Notes under the pieces: model-generated
Seen by the model: the letters and a program-made list of their open reading frames with translations, nothing else
Database searches by the model: none
What the model was told of the DNA's origin: nothing
Shown here: in pieces, positions 7,777 to 17,580 of the stretch
How positions within the stretch are numbered: the first letter of the stretch is position 1
Layout of the letters: each line of letters begins with the position of its first letter
Program-made: the position numbers and the translations under genes
DNA from: a virus
DNA: 64,000 nucleotides
IMG/VR virus record: IMGVR_UViG_3300042934_000519
Coordinates: 1-64,000 of that record
Strand: one strand, 5' to 3'

Positions 7777-8394
7777 ATGAAAACGCCTTTATTGGGGGCG
7801 GCTGGTCGTAAGAAACCAGTGACGCCTCCACCAGCATACGGCGACACCACAGCAGGCTTTTACGGGCAGCGCGCTGAGGAAGACGTCATCAGTGCTTCGG
7901 CACTGGCCAGTGCGGTCGGTTTGAATATCGGCGTAGTGGTGACAGATGTTAAACCCAGTTGGCTGAAGTTTGCCTTGGATGGCAAAGAAGTGTTTCTGGC
8001 CACCCGTGCCTTTCGACACTCCATCACATGGGATCAGCTGTACAACAAGGGATTGTGTTTTGATGTGCTGGGGACTCAGGGAAAACCGACAGCGGTTAAC
8101 CTACTCGCCCAGAACGCGCAAGTGACCATCAAGGGAATTCGTTATCGGGTCAGAAACATGACCATTGATGAATGGAATCGCTTGGTTGTCCCATTGCGTG
8201 AATGGTCTCCAGGGACGTTGTCTTTAATGAACATCGGTAACGTTCCTGCTGGAGCACGCTGGATGCTGAACTACGTGAATAACGTAAACGCCCGTGCTTG
8301 GCGGGGATGGACCAGCCTTACCACCGCGGGGAGTAACCCTTCCAACACCGGCGGTAGCTCCATGGGGTGGTCACCGATGCTTGAACCAATCTGA
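7777..8394 (+). CDS. 'WLKF...GWxPxLE' paralog family virion protein
   Basis: Similar to 10-942 and 8542-9198. Confidence 0.7.
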   Translation: MKTPLLGAAGRKKPVTPPPAYGDTTAGFYGQRAEEDVISASALASAVGLNIGVVVTDVKPSWLKFALDGKEVFLATRAFRHSITWDQLYNKGLCFDVLGTQGKPTAVNLLAQNAQVTIKGIRYRVRNMTIDEWNRLVVPLREWSPGTLSLMNIGNVPAGARWMLNYVNNVNARAWRGWTSLTTAGSNPSNTGGSSMGWSPMLEPI

Positions 8395-8541
8395 TCCCCT
8401 TCACGAGAGTCCGCCTACGGGCGGGCTTTTATGCCGAATCTTATGAATGTTAGACGAGAACGATGGAGAAACGTGTTCCTTCCTTACGTCTGATGTGTAG
8501 CCGTGGAGCGGGCTTCCCTATCCTCAATATTGGTAAACATA

Positions 8542-9198
8542 ATGAAATCGCAAGTAATGGCAGCAGCCCGTGTACTGTCAACCCATAAGCCAAAGGACTA
8601 TGGCCCTGGACCTTCCATCATTCTTTCGGGGGACGAGAAGCTTGGTTATTTTGGCCAAGTGGCTGCGAGCCTTGTAGCAACCTCAGCTGAACTGACCGCG
8701 CTGGCGGGCTACACACAGGGCAGTGCAATTTCAGACACCTCTCCAACGTGGCTGAAGTTCATTGACAACGGAAAGGTTCTTTTCGTTTCCAAACGCCCTT
8801 TACGTCACAGCGTCACGGTTGAAGAGATGCAGCGACTGGGTATCCGTTTGGGTAAAGAGATTACCCTCAAAGGCCGACAGTTCAAGATTCGCCTCATGAC
8901 CGGTGGTAACGCCGACCCAGCCACGGCAGCTGGGGGTGAATGGAATCGGTTGATGTACCCTGTCTGCGTAGCTCGACCAGCGGGTGTTCCTGCATGGGCC
9001 GCTTTCTCTCCAGCCGATTTGGGCATCAACACTGACTCTTCTTCAGGTGGGGCGACGTTCTGTCAGGAGAAATGGGCCAGTAACAACTATTACACCATCC
9101 GAGGCTTTACCGGGCTTACTTACGCCGGGGGTGGTAACAACATTGGGTCTAACGGCGGGGTCTTCGGTTGGCGTCCCGTGCTCGAACTCATCTTGTAA
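8542..9198 (+). CDS. 'WLKF...GWRPVLE' paralog family virion protein
   Basis: Similar to 10-942 and 7777-8394. Confidence 0.7.
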   Translation: MKSQVMAAARVLSTHKPKDYGPGPSIILSGDEKLGYFGQVAASLVATSAELTALAGYTQGSAISDTSPTWLKFIDNGKVLFVSKRPLRHSVTVEEMQRLGIRLGKEITLKGRQFKIRLMTGGNADPATAAGGEWNRLMYPVCVARPAGVPAWAAFSPADLGINTDSSSGGATFCQEKWASNNYYTIRGFTGLTYAGGGNNIGSNGGVFGWRPVLELIL

Positions 9199-9216
9199 CT
9201 TTTAAGTAGGTGCCTC

Positions 9217-9906
9217 ATGTCCTTGTACACTTTGCTGATCTCAGCTAACAAAACTCACAAGCAATCGACCAGTACGCTGTCGATCAAAAACCCCAAAGTA
9301 GGCCAAGACGGCATCTACCAGATCTACGACGATGCGGGTAATACTTTCCCCGCCTGGGTAGACATGACCACGGACGGCGGGTACTGGATTCAAGTCCTTC
9401 GCTGGAGTACACCCCTTGCGGCGGGTAACATGTCGCCCATGAACAAACAGCTGGTTAAAGGACAAGCCATCTCGGGGTTCTCGGCTGTACCCGGTAGTTA
9501 CCCGTCGATTCCTGCGGGCAAGATTGGCGCTAACCCGGCCAACGAGTTCCTGTTCCAAAACGAACACGCGCAATGGAAGACGCTGTACGGCAACTGGCAG
9601 CGTGGCAACCTCTTCCCAGCAGGCACTACGTCGATTCAACCCGGCGTACCGATCCCGGTGGTCACCTCCATTGGCAACAAGAACTTCTGGGGTGCACGCG
9701 GCGGTTGGAACTTGGTCACCGACATGACCTCGCTTCAGTTCTCGTTCTGGACTCAAGCAGGCGCGGGCGGACCATGTGGTGGTTCTGGTGTAGTTGGTAA
9801 CAACAAGTGCTGCCCGATGGCGGACAACGGGGCGTACTCGTCTCACTGCGACTACACCAACCTCAAACGCGCATACCTGCGCGCATCCAACTACCCAAAG
9901 AAGTAA
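9217..9906 (+). CDS. Fibrinogen-like domain protein
   Basis: DGIYQI...WVDMTTDGGYWIQV resembles the YCDMxxxGGGW motif. Confidence 0.6.
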   Translation: MSLYTLLISANKTHKQSTSTLSIKNPKVGQDGIYQIYDDAGNTFPAWVDMTTDGGYWIQVLRWSTPLAAGNMSPMNKQLVKGQAISGFSAVPGSYPSIPAGKIGANPANEFLFQNEHAQWKTLYGNWQRGNLFPAGTTSIQPGVPIPVVTSIGNKNFWGARGGWNLVTDMTSLQFSFWTQAGAGGPCGGSGVVGNNKCCPMADNGAYSSHCDYTNLKRAYLRASNYPKK

Positions 9907-10055
9907 ATAAAAACCAACTTGGGTGTATTATATGTAGAGTAGACTCAGATCACCTACGGCACTCCTCCTGCTCGTTCGCGACGAGTAGGGGGTGTATGCC
10001 GTGTGCATTCTTTTATCCCTATGTAAACGTATACTGTACAGAAACGGAGGTTACC

Positions 10056-10388
10056 ATGTCTGAACTCATTCACCATCAGCCACCAGTCCTGACCTTCGAC
10101 GGTCACGTCCCCGCGGTCAAGGGCTACTACAACCTGTACGATGCGTTTGCTGAATCGGGTGTCCAGTTGAGCGACCAGATGGCAAAGATCGAATTGATCT
10201 CGCTACTGGACGATAATCTTGAAGAGTCGTTCAAGGACAACGGCAGTGCACAGTACGCCTTTCGTGCCACGTACCAGTACGGGCCTATCAGCGGACGGCT
10301 GGATCATGAGACGGGTGTCTTGACCCTGAACACCTATAAACAGGTGCCGCACATCAAACTGAGGTTGCGGCTGCACGTCTGGCGCTAA
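10056..10388 (+). CDS. Hypothetical protein
   Basis: GGAGG RBS. Confidence 0.65.
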   Translation: MSELIHHQPPVLTFDGHVPAVKGYYNLYDAFAESGVQLSDQMAKIELISLLDDNLEESFKDNGSAQYAFRATYQYGPISGRLDHETGVLTLNTYKQVPHIKLRLRLHVWR

Positions 10389-10424
10389 TCGTATGCGATA
10401 ATGCACACTGCCTAGGCTAGCGCA

Positions 10425-11069
10425 ATGAAAACGCCTCTCTTAGCGGCCAAGGTTCCTAAGCCGCCCGTTGATCCATCCATCCTCGTTAATATCCCCTTTG
10501 ATAAAGATCATCTCGATACCGTGGGTAACACCACACTGGCGATCTTTGGCTATCCGAACAACGTGCCAACCATTGAACAAGTAGGTGGACGCGGCGCGCT
10601 AAGAGTGACGGCTAACCAAGGGATCACCTACACGGTCATTCCCGGCAAGCCTCGGTTGTTCAACACCCCGCACTGGCGCATGGAGTTTGAAGTGATGTTG
10701 GTCAACCCAACACAGTTCAAGCACGAGACAGTGATTGCGTTTCGTAAGGCCAGCAACCTGTCCGATTACATGTTCTTCTTCTGGAAGAGGGCTCAGAACA
10801 GCCATCGGTTCCAAGTGACCGGTTCGTCGTGGAAAGTTGAGACAGCCCCCATGTTTGCCGACACCACGACGATGTCCGTCAATGTCTGGCGTAAGTTTGC
10901 CATTGAGCGGACTGAAGCGGACAACACCATGCGTTTCTATGTGAACGATGTCCTCATGGGCAGTCGGGTCACCAGCATCGACCTCAGCTGTGATGTGATT
11001 GAACTCATTAAGGCTGCGTCTCCAGACTTCTTCAATGGCTGGATTCGTAACCTGAAGATCACTCGATAA
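10425..11069 (+). CDS. LamG/ConA-like domain protein
   Basis: WRKFAIER...MRFYVNDV...FNGWIRNLKI; N-terminus MKTPLLAA. Confidence 0.6.
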   Translation: MKTPLLAAKVPKPPVDPSILVNIPFDKDHLDTVGNTTLAIFGYPNNVPTIEQVGGRGALRVTANQGITYTVIPGKPRLFNTPHWRMEFEVMLVNPTQFKHETVIAFRKASNLSDYMFFFWKRAQNSHRFQVTGSSWKVETAPMFADTTTMSVNVWRKFAIERTEADNTMRFYVNDVLMGSRVTSIDLSCDVIELIKAASPDFFNGWIRNLKITR

Positions 11070-11135
11070 AGTCGGGTAATTAATTACAGCTGGAAAGGAT
11101 GGTGTGTAGATAACTCATTTTACAAAGGAAGGCTC

Positions 11136-11927
11136 ATGACTCACGAATACGTTAGCAACAAGATCGTCACCGCGTGGCCACAAGAGAAAGATGGCGCTGC
11201 TGGTTACGGTGTCAAGTACGAATCCGGCCACATCAGCTGGAGCCCTAAAGAGATCTTCGAGAAGTCGAGCGTCTCCATCGGCAACATCGCACACCTGCCG
11301 CCGCATCAACAACGTGTACTGGCTGAGAAAGTTCAGCTGGACGCGCGCATCAAAGCGCTCAAGTCGTTCTTGGCTATGCCTGTGGTCGTGCTGCCACCGT
11401 ACGAGCTTCAGCTCATGAACCTTCAACTGGGGCACATGGAAGAGTACTCCAAAATCCTCGACCTGCGCATCGGCGAGTTCGGTATCACCAAGCTGGGCAT
11501 GAACGACAGCTGGCTGCGTGAGAAGGTCGAAGAGCAACAGGCCGGTGACAGCCGCACCCAGTTCCAGAATGACTGGACTGCTGGTCCCGATCCGATCCCG
11601 TTCAAGCTGGACCTCAAGGCTCAGCAGGTCAATGCTTACGCACTGACCGACCCGAACGCGGAAATGGACAGCACCGATTCGCTGAACTACGTGGACGTGC
11701 GCAAAGTCTTCGACAGCGTCGGCAACGTACTGCCTTTCACCACCAACAAGGTGGAAGGCACACCGGTGTTCATGAACCGTTTCGCCGTGACCGGCCCTGA
11801 GTTCGACTTCTACGTCGAAGCCAACCTGCAACGCGGCACGGTGGAAATCGTCATCAATCAGGCAGCGCCTGGTCTGAGCGTCGAGTTCATTGCTCAGCGC
11901 ATCAACCACAACCGCCGTCAGGGTTAA
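11136..11927 (+). CDS. Multi-domain phage protein (GYxVxY..SWSPK module plus crAss001_48-like helical hairpin)
   Basis: Motifs GYGVKYESGHISWSPKEIFE and LPPHQQRVLAEKVQL...MEEYSKILDLRI. Confidence 0.6.
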   Translation: MTHEYVSNKIVTAWPQEKDGAAGYGVKYESGHISWSPKEIFEKSSVSIGNIAHLPPHQQRVLAEKVQLDARIKALKSFLAMPVVVLPPYELQLMNLQLGHMEEYSKILDLRIGEFGITKLGMNDSWLREKVEEQQAGDSRTQFQNDWTAGPDPIPFKLDLKAQQVNAYALTDPNAEMDSTDSLNYVDVRKVFDSVGNVLPFTTNKVEGTPVFMNRFAVTGPEFDFYVEANLQRGTVEIVINQAAPGLSVEFIAQRINHNRRQG

Positions 11928-12057
11928 TCCCCTCGTGTAAGGTGCTCTCCTTCGGGAGAGCGCTTTATGCTATGAGTGCACAATCTTTCAGTGCTACATT
12001 ACAAACGGGAACATACCCGTACTGCCAACACTTACACAACTCCAGAGGGTACTAACC

Positions 12058-12471
12058 ATGATGAGTCAAGGAATCAGTCTGATCCTCGTCGATGACGAGA
12101 ATGAAATCCCGAGTTTGTTGCCGTTGCTGCACATTGACAACGTCGTGGCGTTGGACGACATGATCAACCACCTCGACACGCTGTACGACGAAGTGTTCTA
12201 CGTGCTCTTCACAGGCCCTGAGAGCGCTGCTGAGAAGTACCTGCACATGTACAACGTCCGTCGGGCAATCGTTGTCCACAGCGGCAAAGCGAAAGCCCAC
12301 GGGCGTGACCTGACGTGGATCAAAGCGGTATTAGGCAATAGCAAGCGTGAAGTGGTGCGGGGTGTGCTCCCTGAACCCAAGTTGAACTTAGGTTTCTTGG
12401 ACCGCTCAGGTGGCTTCTCGCAACCTGAAGAGAAAGATGACCCGTATGCAGAGTTGGGCTACCGGCGATAA
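12058..12471 (+). CDS. Hypothetical protein
   Basis: GAGG RBS; follows a TACATTA motif. Confidence 0.65.
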   Translation: MMSQGISLILVDDENEIPSLLPLLHIDNVVALDDMINHLDTLYDEVFYVLFTGPESAAEKYLHMYNVRRAIVVHSGKAKAHGRDLTWIKAVLGNSKREVVRGVLPEPKLNLGFLDRSGGFSQPEEKDDPYAELGYRR

Positions 12472-12612
12472 CACTAGAGGCAGGGGCATTTGCCCCTGCC
12501 TCTATGCCGTCTCTTTTCTTTTGGACTGTAAAAACAAATGGCCATACATTATTCTCTGGAGTAAAGCAGTGTGCATGCTCATCCCTTAAGCAACTAAGAA
12601 GGATACTCTGTC

Positions 12613-12972
12613 ATGTCCGTACGTGTAAAAGCCGTTACACTGGAAATCCAACCAACTTCGGAACGCGTTAACCTGCGCCAAGTCCTCACTGGCCTGAACC
12701 TGTGTGGTCATCTGACCCCTATCCAGGTCAACCACGAACTGCTGCTCAAGAACAACCCGCACACGCAGATCGACCTCAGCGGTTCGGTGCTGACGTTCAA
12801 GAACAAGTTCGACCGTGCGATCGAGGTGGAGATCAGCATCTCGGAGCCACCGGCCAATACCAGCCCTCACCAACCGGGTCGTCCTGCTGACGCTGAGCGT
12901 CCGTGCAGCGAGATCCCATTGCCAGGTGGCGGTGAGTGCGTGCTCAAGGAAACCGAAGAAGACAAGCAGTAA
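12613..12972 (+). CDS. Hypothetical protein
   Basis: AAGGA RBS; phage codon usage. Confidence 0.65.
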   Translation: MSVRVKAVTLEIQPTSERVNLRQVLTGLNLCGHLTPIQVNHELLLKNNPHTQIDLSGSVLTFKNKFDRAIEVEISISEPPANTSPHQPGRPADAERPCSEIPLPGGGECVLKETEEDKQ

Positions 12973-13040
12973 CATGCTACACGTCTACAGCCGATGCGGG
13001 TCGGCTGTAGATCCCTAACCACATTTAAAGGAAAGCTCTC

Positions 13041-13673
13041 GTGAAACACGCAACCATCTATGCATTTGGTTCAGACAACGCTGGACAGATCCAGAAGTAC
13101 CTGGACAGCGACGTCTACAAACAACTGGCGGCTGACACTGGCGCTACCTTGGACATGTTTTTCGGTCCTCTGAGCAAAGCGCCATTTGACGTGGTCATTG
13201 CGCCGGGCAACAGCTACGGCATCATGACCGGTGGCTTCGATCAGGGTCTGGTGGACCTGTTCGGGGAGAAGCTTCAGAACCGTGTGCAACATGTCATCCG
13301 CACCAAACACGCCGGTGAACTGAACGTGGGTGCAGCCATCTTTGTCAAGTGCATGGACGAAGAGAACCGCCACTGCGCGTATGCTCCCACGATGAGGACG
13401 CCTAAAGAACTGCCTCGTAACAGCGACATTCCGTACATGGCCACGCGCGCTGCGCTGCTCATGATCGATAAAGCCGACATTGGCCCGGAACCCCAGATCC
13501 TCATCCCGTTGATGGGTGTAGGCACTGGTGGTCTCGACGTCAAATACGTGCTCATCCAGATTCACATGGCGCTTGGCAGTATTGCCAATCCGCGCAACGT
13601 GACCAACCTCAACGACGGCCAAGACATTGATCAAGCGATCACGGTCTACGGCGCAGCCTCTCGTTTCCGTTAA
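13041..13673 (+). CDS. Macrodomain (ADP-ribose processing) protein
   Basis: APGNSYGIMTGGFD, APTMRTP and MGVGTGG macrodomain motifs. Confidence 0.8.
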   Translation: MKHATIYAFGSDNAGQIQKYLDSDVYKQLAADTGATLDMFFGPLSKAPFDVVIAPGNSYGIMTGGFDQGLVDLFGEKLQNRVQHVIRTKHAGELNVGAAIFVKCMDEENRHCAYAPTMRTPKELPRNSDIPYMATRAALLMIDKADIGPEPQILIPLMGVGTGGLDVKYVLIQIHMALGSIANPRNVTNLNDGQDIDQAITVYGAASRFR

Positions 13674-13682
13674 GGAGCCATC

Positions 13683-14243
13683 ATGGCAACTGTACGTCAA
13701 TCCGCTGGTCATGCGATCAGCCATTTCTTCACCGTGTTCGTCCCACTGGCATTTCTGATGAATGTCTTCTTCCCTGTGCAGAATGTGTTTCGCAAACTGT
13801 GGTGGAAAGCGTGGGGCCATAACCCTGATGAGAACATTGGGTTTCATCTCGACAAATTGAGCTTTGACCACAACTGGCACAACCGCGCCGTGATCACCCA
13901 GATCGTGGCGGGCATGGCCAAGTTGTTCTACAGCGATCCGATGACCAGCATCGCTGTGAAGATGTACAACGATTACCGTTTCCATCAATACCAGCCGTAC
14001 GACGTCTGGGCACCCATTGACGTCTGGGCTCAACTGGAACAACCCGGCAAAGCCATTATCGACTGGTTCATTGATGTCGAAGGCATGCCGCGCTCGCGTC
14101 TGGACTACATGCTCAAGTCCAACCCGAACTTCGTCGAATGGTACACCGAAGCGATCGAAACCAAGATGCTCGACGAAGAAGGCTACGAAGCCCTCAAGGC
14201 GTCGAACAAAGCCAAGCGTGAAGCTGAATGTACTGTGCCGTGA
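13683..14243 (+). CDS. Hypothetical protein
   Basis: AAGGAG RBS; operonic. Confidence 0.65.
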   Translation: MATVRQSAGHAISHFFTVFVPLAFLMNVFFPVQNVFRKLWWKAWGHNPDENIGFHLDKLSFDHNWHNRAVITQIVAGMAKLFYSDPMTSIAVKMYNDYRFHQYQPYDVWAPIDVWAQLEQPGKAIIDWFIDVEGMPRSRLDYMLKSNPNFVEWYTEAIETKMLDEEGYEALKASNKAKREAECTVP

Positions 14244-14929
14244 CGTGGCCGCAGTATCCGCACCGGGAACCTGAAATGTGTCCGGTGCGAGAGATACCTG
14301 TATACGCATTTGATGTAAACCCTGAGCAAGTGGGTATCTACCAGACTATCGACTTGATCACTGACCCAATCAACCCTCCGACATCCCCGACTGAACAGGA
14401 AGCATCCGGCATGACTATCATCGACAGCAGTGCAGGTTTCGGTCCCGACACCGACGACGCAGGTAGCAAGGCCCGTGAGAAACTGGCCTTGACAGGCGCC
14501 GCTATCAAGCGCAAAGCGTTGTTGATGTGGATGTGGATCAAGATCATCACCTTCCTTGCGGTGTGCGGCATCGTAGCGTTTGGTTACTACTCCTACCAAC
14601 ACCGCGTCAAGACTTACGTTACCGACCACCGACCTTGCATGGTGGAAGCCGAAGACAAGTCCTGGAAGGTCACAGGCTCTCGCGCTTACTCCTACCAAAA
14701 CAACGAACTGTTTGGTTTCCGTTGGTCTGAAGCGGCAGCTGTCGAGGAGAAGACCGAACTGGACGTCACAGGTAACCTGATGGTCGGCGGTGCCTATGAA
14801 GGCGGTTACTGGTGGGTCGCTGTTACGGACAAGACCACCCGCCCTGTGTACCTCAAGCCAGCCTCGCTGTTGATCTTCATGGCCAACAACAAGATGCTGA
14901 TCACCAACAATGAGACCTTCTGCAAATGA
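14228..14929 (+). CDS. Single-pass membrane protein (start uncertain)
   Basis: Hydrophobic segment LMWMWIKIITFLAVCGIVAFGYY. Confidence 0.6.
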   Translation: MYCAVTWPQYPHREPEMCPVREIPVYAFDVNPEQVGIYQTIDLITDPINPPTSPTEQEASGMTIIDSSAGFGPDTDDAGSKAREKLALTGAAIKRKALLMWMWIKIITFLAVCGIVAFGYYSYQHRVKTYVTDHRPCMVEAEDKSWKVTGSRAYSYQNNELFGFRWSEAAAVEEKTELDVTGNLMVGGAYEGGYWWVAVTDKTTRPVYLKPASLLIFMANNKMLITNNETFCK

Positions 14930-14937
14930 GGTAGAAC

Positions 14938-15942
14938 ATGCACTATCTAGGCTACGTGTATGGGCCGAAAGATAAGGAGACCTTGACGCGGATCTTGGCT
15001 CCTTACAACGAGCAAGAAGAATACGGGGTCACCTTGGGTCCTGAGTTGGTGGTGTTGAGCAACATCCCGACCATGACGCTGGAAACGTCGCTGTTCGACA
15101 TGATCGTGGCCTTCCGTGAGATCGACCGTCCGTTCTTCAGCCGTGCCAGCCCGATCCTGATCGTGGAAAGTCTGGCTGATTATGAACTCAGTCAGGTCCG
15201 TGAACTAGGTGCGTTCGTGATCGCTTACGATCTGGACAGCAAAGAAGCCACCGCCAAGATGGCCGTGACTCGGGCTTTCTGGGATTGGTGGGTCGTCGGC
15301 GGGCGCTGGCCGATCCAGTTCGAAGGCAAGAACACTGCCGGTGGCTGGAACATGTACAAGAACATCATCAGTGAAGCTGAAGTGAGCTGGGCTGTTGACA
15401 AGGAAGCGTTGGAGGAAAAGAAAGCCAACCGCTTCACGTCCTTGCGCATGGGCGAGATCGACTGGAAGAAAGCCAAACAAGAGCGGGTCACGAATGCGCT
15501 TGAAGCCTGGGAGTTTGCCAACAAGCACCTGCCCGGTCTTCCGCGGATCTCGGACCTTGTCACCAAGATGAACCTGCCCAAAGGCACCCGCTACGTCGAC
15601 TTCAAACACGATGAAGTGTCGGCCTGGCAGAAACGAGTGGCAGAGGTGACACATGCCTTGCGACCTGACGACTGGGAGAAGATGTTCTCCATTCGTGATG
15701 TCGTCGGCATGACGCGCCGTGAAGTCATTCGTTATGCCCTGTTGCGTACGCACCTGCCGTTGTTCGGCATCTTCTGGGAACAAAAGTACGACAGCGACAA
15801 ACGTGGCATGGTGGAAGAAACCACGGTGTACGATTTCAGCTGGGCAACCTTCCCTACGGACAAGGACGCCAAAGACATCCTCCGTCGGGTGCGTAACCTG
15901 GACCCTTCTACTGTCGTCACTGCGATCGACATCCACAACTAA
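14938..15942 (+). CDS. Conserved phage hypothetical (WDWWVVGGRW motif)
   Basis: GAGG RBS; motif plus C-terminal DIHN. Confidence 0.7.
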   Translation: MHYLGYVYGPKDKETLTRILAPYNEQEEYGVTLGPELVVLSNIPTMTLETSLFDMIVAFREIDRPFFSRASPILIVESLADYELSQVRELGAFVIAYDLDSKEATAKMAVTRAFWDWWVVGGRWPIQFEGKNTAGGWNMYKNIISEAEVSWAVDKEALEEKKANRFTSLRMGEIDWKKAKQERVTNALEAWEFANKHLPGLPRISDLVTKMNLPKGTRYVDFKHDEVSAWQKRVAEVTHALRPDDWEKMFSIRDVVGMTRREVIRYALLRTHLPLFGIFWEQKYDSDKRGMVEETTVYDFSWATFPTDKDAKDILRRVRNLDPSTVVTAIDIHN

Positions 15943-15951
15943 GGAGACGTC

Positions 15952-16260
15952 ATGTCTACCGTTTCGTACATCATCAGTCTGCTCGTTCCCGGCGAAGAGC
16001 TGAAGTTTGTCCGGGTTGAACCGGAAGGTCTGACCGAAGAGTTCAACGAGTGTGCTTCGTGGCAGGACATCAACGATGCTATTGGCTACCGGGATGCACT
16101 CATGGAAGGCTTCAAGGCGCAAGGCTATCGCACAGCCACGCCTGAAGACAACCTCGGTACCGTTGAAGACCCGTTGGCCAACACCGTGATGTTTACGGTG
16201 CTGCGTCACACGCTCGAACCGATCCGTACCTCGCACCTGATCAAAGACGGCGTGCATTGA
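15952..16260 (+). CDS. Hypothetical protein
   Basis: AAGGAG RBS. Confidence 0.65.
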   Translation: MSTVSYIISLLVPGEELKFVRVEPEGLTEEFNECASWQDINDAIGYRDALMEGFKAQGYRTATPEDNLGTVEDPLANTVMFTVLRHTLEPIRTSHLIKDGVH

Positions 16261-16319
16261 TCTGAACCGGAGAGGGGGAACCCTCTCTGGCTTTATTCCC
16301 TTTTCTTTTGGAGTGCTCC

Positions 16320-16832
16320 ATGCAGCAACATTACCTTGACCGCTCTGTTCACCTGAAACAACTGTGGACAGCCTTGGCTGCGGTACGGGCCAAGTTCACC
16401 AGCCGTGAGGAGATCTACACCCACACGTTCCAATCTTTGAATGCGTTTGTACTCAGCCTGCGCACTCGTTACGTGAACCCTGAGGACAGTCGCTTCCGTG
16501 TCTATCAGATTCGCATTGACGGGGAATGCGATGGCCGCTTCATGCAGGTGTACTACACCCGTCTGGACGGTGTTGACATGTTCTTTTACGTCGTCGAGAG
16601 CGAAAGCCGTTTCTACATTGGCAACGATGACATGGGCATGTACGTCGACATGGCGAAGGTGGATGATGAGTATGACATGATCGGCATTGGTCCAGCGTGT
16701 GAAAGCATGCTGTGCGCGCAGTTGCAAGACATCGTGCTCGATTTCCGTGAATTCCTGACCGACCCTGAGCTGAGTTGCTTCGATCAGCAGTATTTAGGAA
16801 ATCGTGTGCCCCTTCATGTGGTAGTTCTTTAA
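16320..16832 (+). CDS. Hypothetical protein
   Basis: GGAG RBS after terminator. Confidence 0.65.
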   Translation: MQQHYLDRSVHLKQLWTALAAVRAKFTSREEIYTHTFQSLNAFVLSLRTRYVNPEDSRFRVYQIRIDGECDGRFMQVYYTRLDGVDMFFYVVESESRFYIGNDDMGMYVDMAKVDDEYDMIGIGPACESMLCAQLQDIVLDFREFLTDPELSCFDQQYLGNRVPLHVVVL

Positions 16833-16850
16833 TCACACAAGGTAAATGGC

Positions 16851-17231
16851 GTGGATCAGGAAGTGATCAAATGGCTGCACAGCGCTTCTGGTCGTAGCAA
16901 ACGTTCCAAGGTCACCAAAGAAGGCTGCTTCATGCTCGAACATGAGGCAACAGGTCGTTTCTACGTGTCTGAGAGCGCTTCTGTCAGCGAAGAAGTCGAT
17001 AACCAGCTCAAGCTACTGGCATTGAGCAAACACCCTAACAAGCTCCTCAACGGCCTCTACAGCAAGGATGGAGAAATCCGTGTCTACGAATACCCCGCCA
17101 AAGGAAAGTCTGCTCGGGCCAAGCTCGTTGGAGCCCTTACCGGAGGCGAAGAAGAAAAGGCCTACCTCTGCCTCAACCACAAACCTCGGCCCGTACGGCG
17201 AAAACGATTGGGACCTCGAAGCAGCGATTAA
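16851..17231 (+). CDS. Degenerate GIY-YIG-like protein
   Basis: GCFMLEHEATGRFYVSES...HPNKLL pattern; canonical residues altered. Confidence 0.45.
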   Translation: MDQEVIKWLHSASGRSKRSKVTKEGCFMLEHEATGRFYVSESASVSEEVDNQLKLLALSKHPNKLLNGLYSKDGEIRVYEYPAKGKSARAKLVGALTGGEEEKAYLCLNHKPRPVRRKRLGPRSSD

Positions 17232-17241
17232 ACGGGCGTGC

Positions 17242-17433
17242 ATGTACCCCAATCAGTTGGATGCCTTGAACTGGATCGTGCAGTGGGAACATGAGCGTGC
17301 CAGTGCTCAGTTCTTTCGCACCGGTAAACGGGAGGCCAACTTCCGGCAGTTGATGGGGCGTGTTATTCAAGAGCACACCCGGATGTCCATGATGACCGAG
17401 CTGTCGCCGTGGCCGGGTAAACCCGCTGAATAA
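17242..17433 (+). CDS. Hypothetical protein (start uncertain)
   Basis: 3' part of ORF 17068-17433, ending at a terminator. Confidence 0.45.
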   Translation: MYPNQLDALNWIVQWEHERASAQFFRTGKREANFRQLMGRVIQEHTRMSMMTELSPWPGKPAE

Positions 17434-17580
17434 GAGCAGGGGCGCTAAGCCCCTGCTTATGCCGCGTAAATACTTTACAGCGATACATTATTCACGGGAA
17501 TAACAGTCAATTTATAAAATCCCCAGAGATCATCTGATGTGACATGCCGTTAATAACCCCTTATTTCCGAGGCCTCTCTC

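Noticed and set aside
9931-10001. TATG followed about 70 nt later by hairpin plus TATGCCG, a possible tiny RNA
   Set aside because: More simply the terminator of the 9217-9906 gene; too little independent structure
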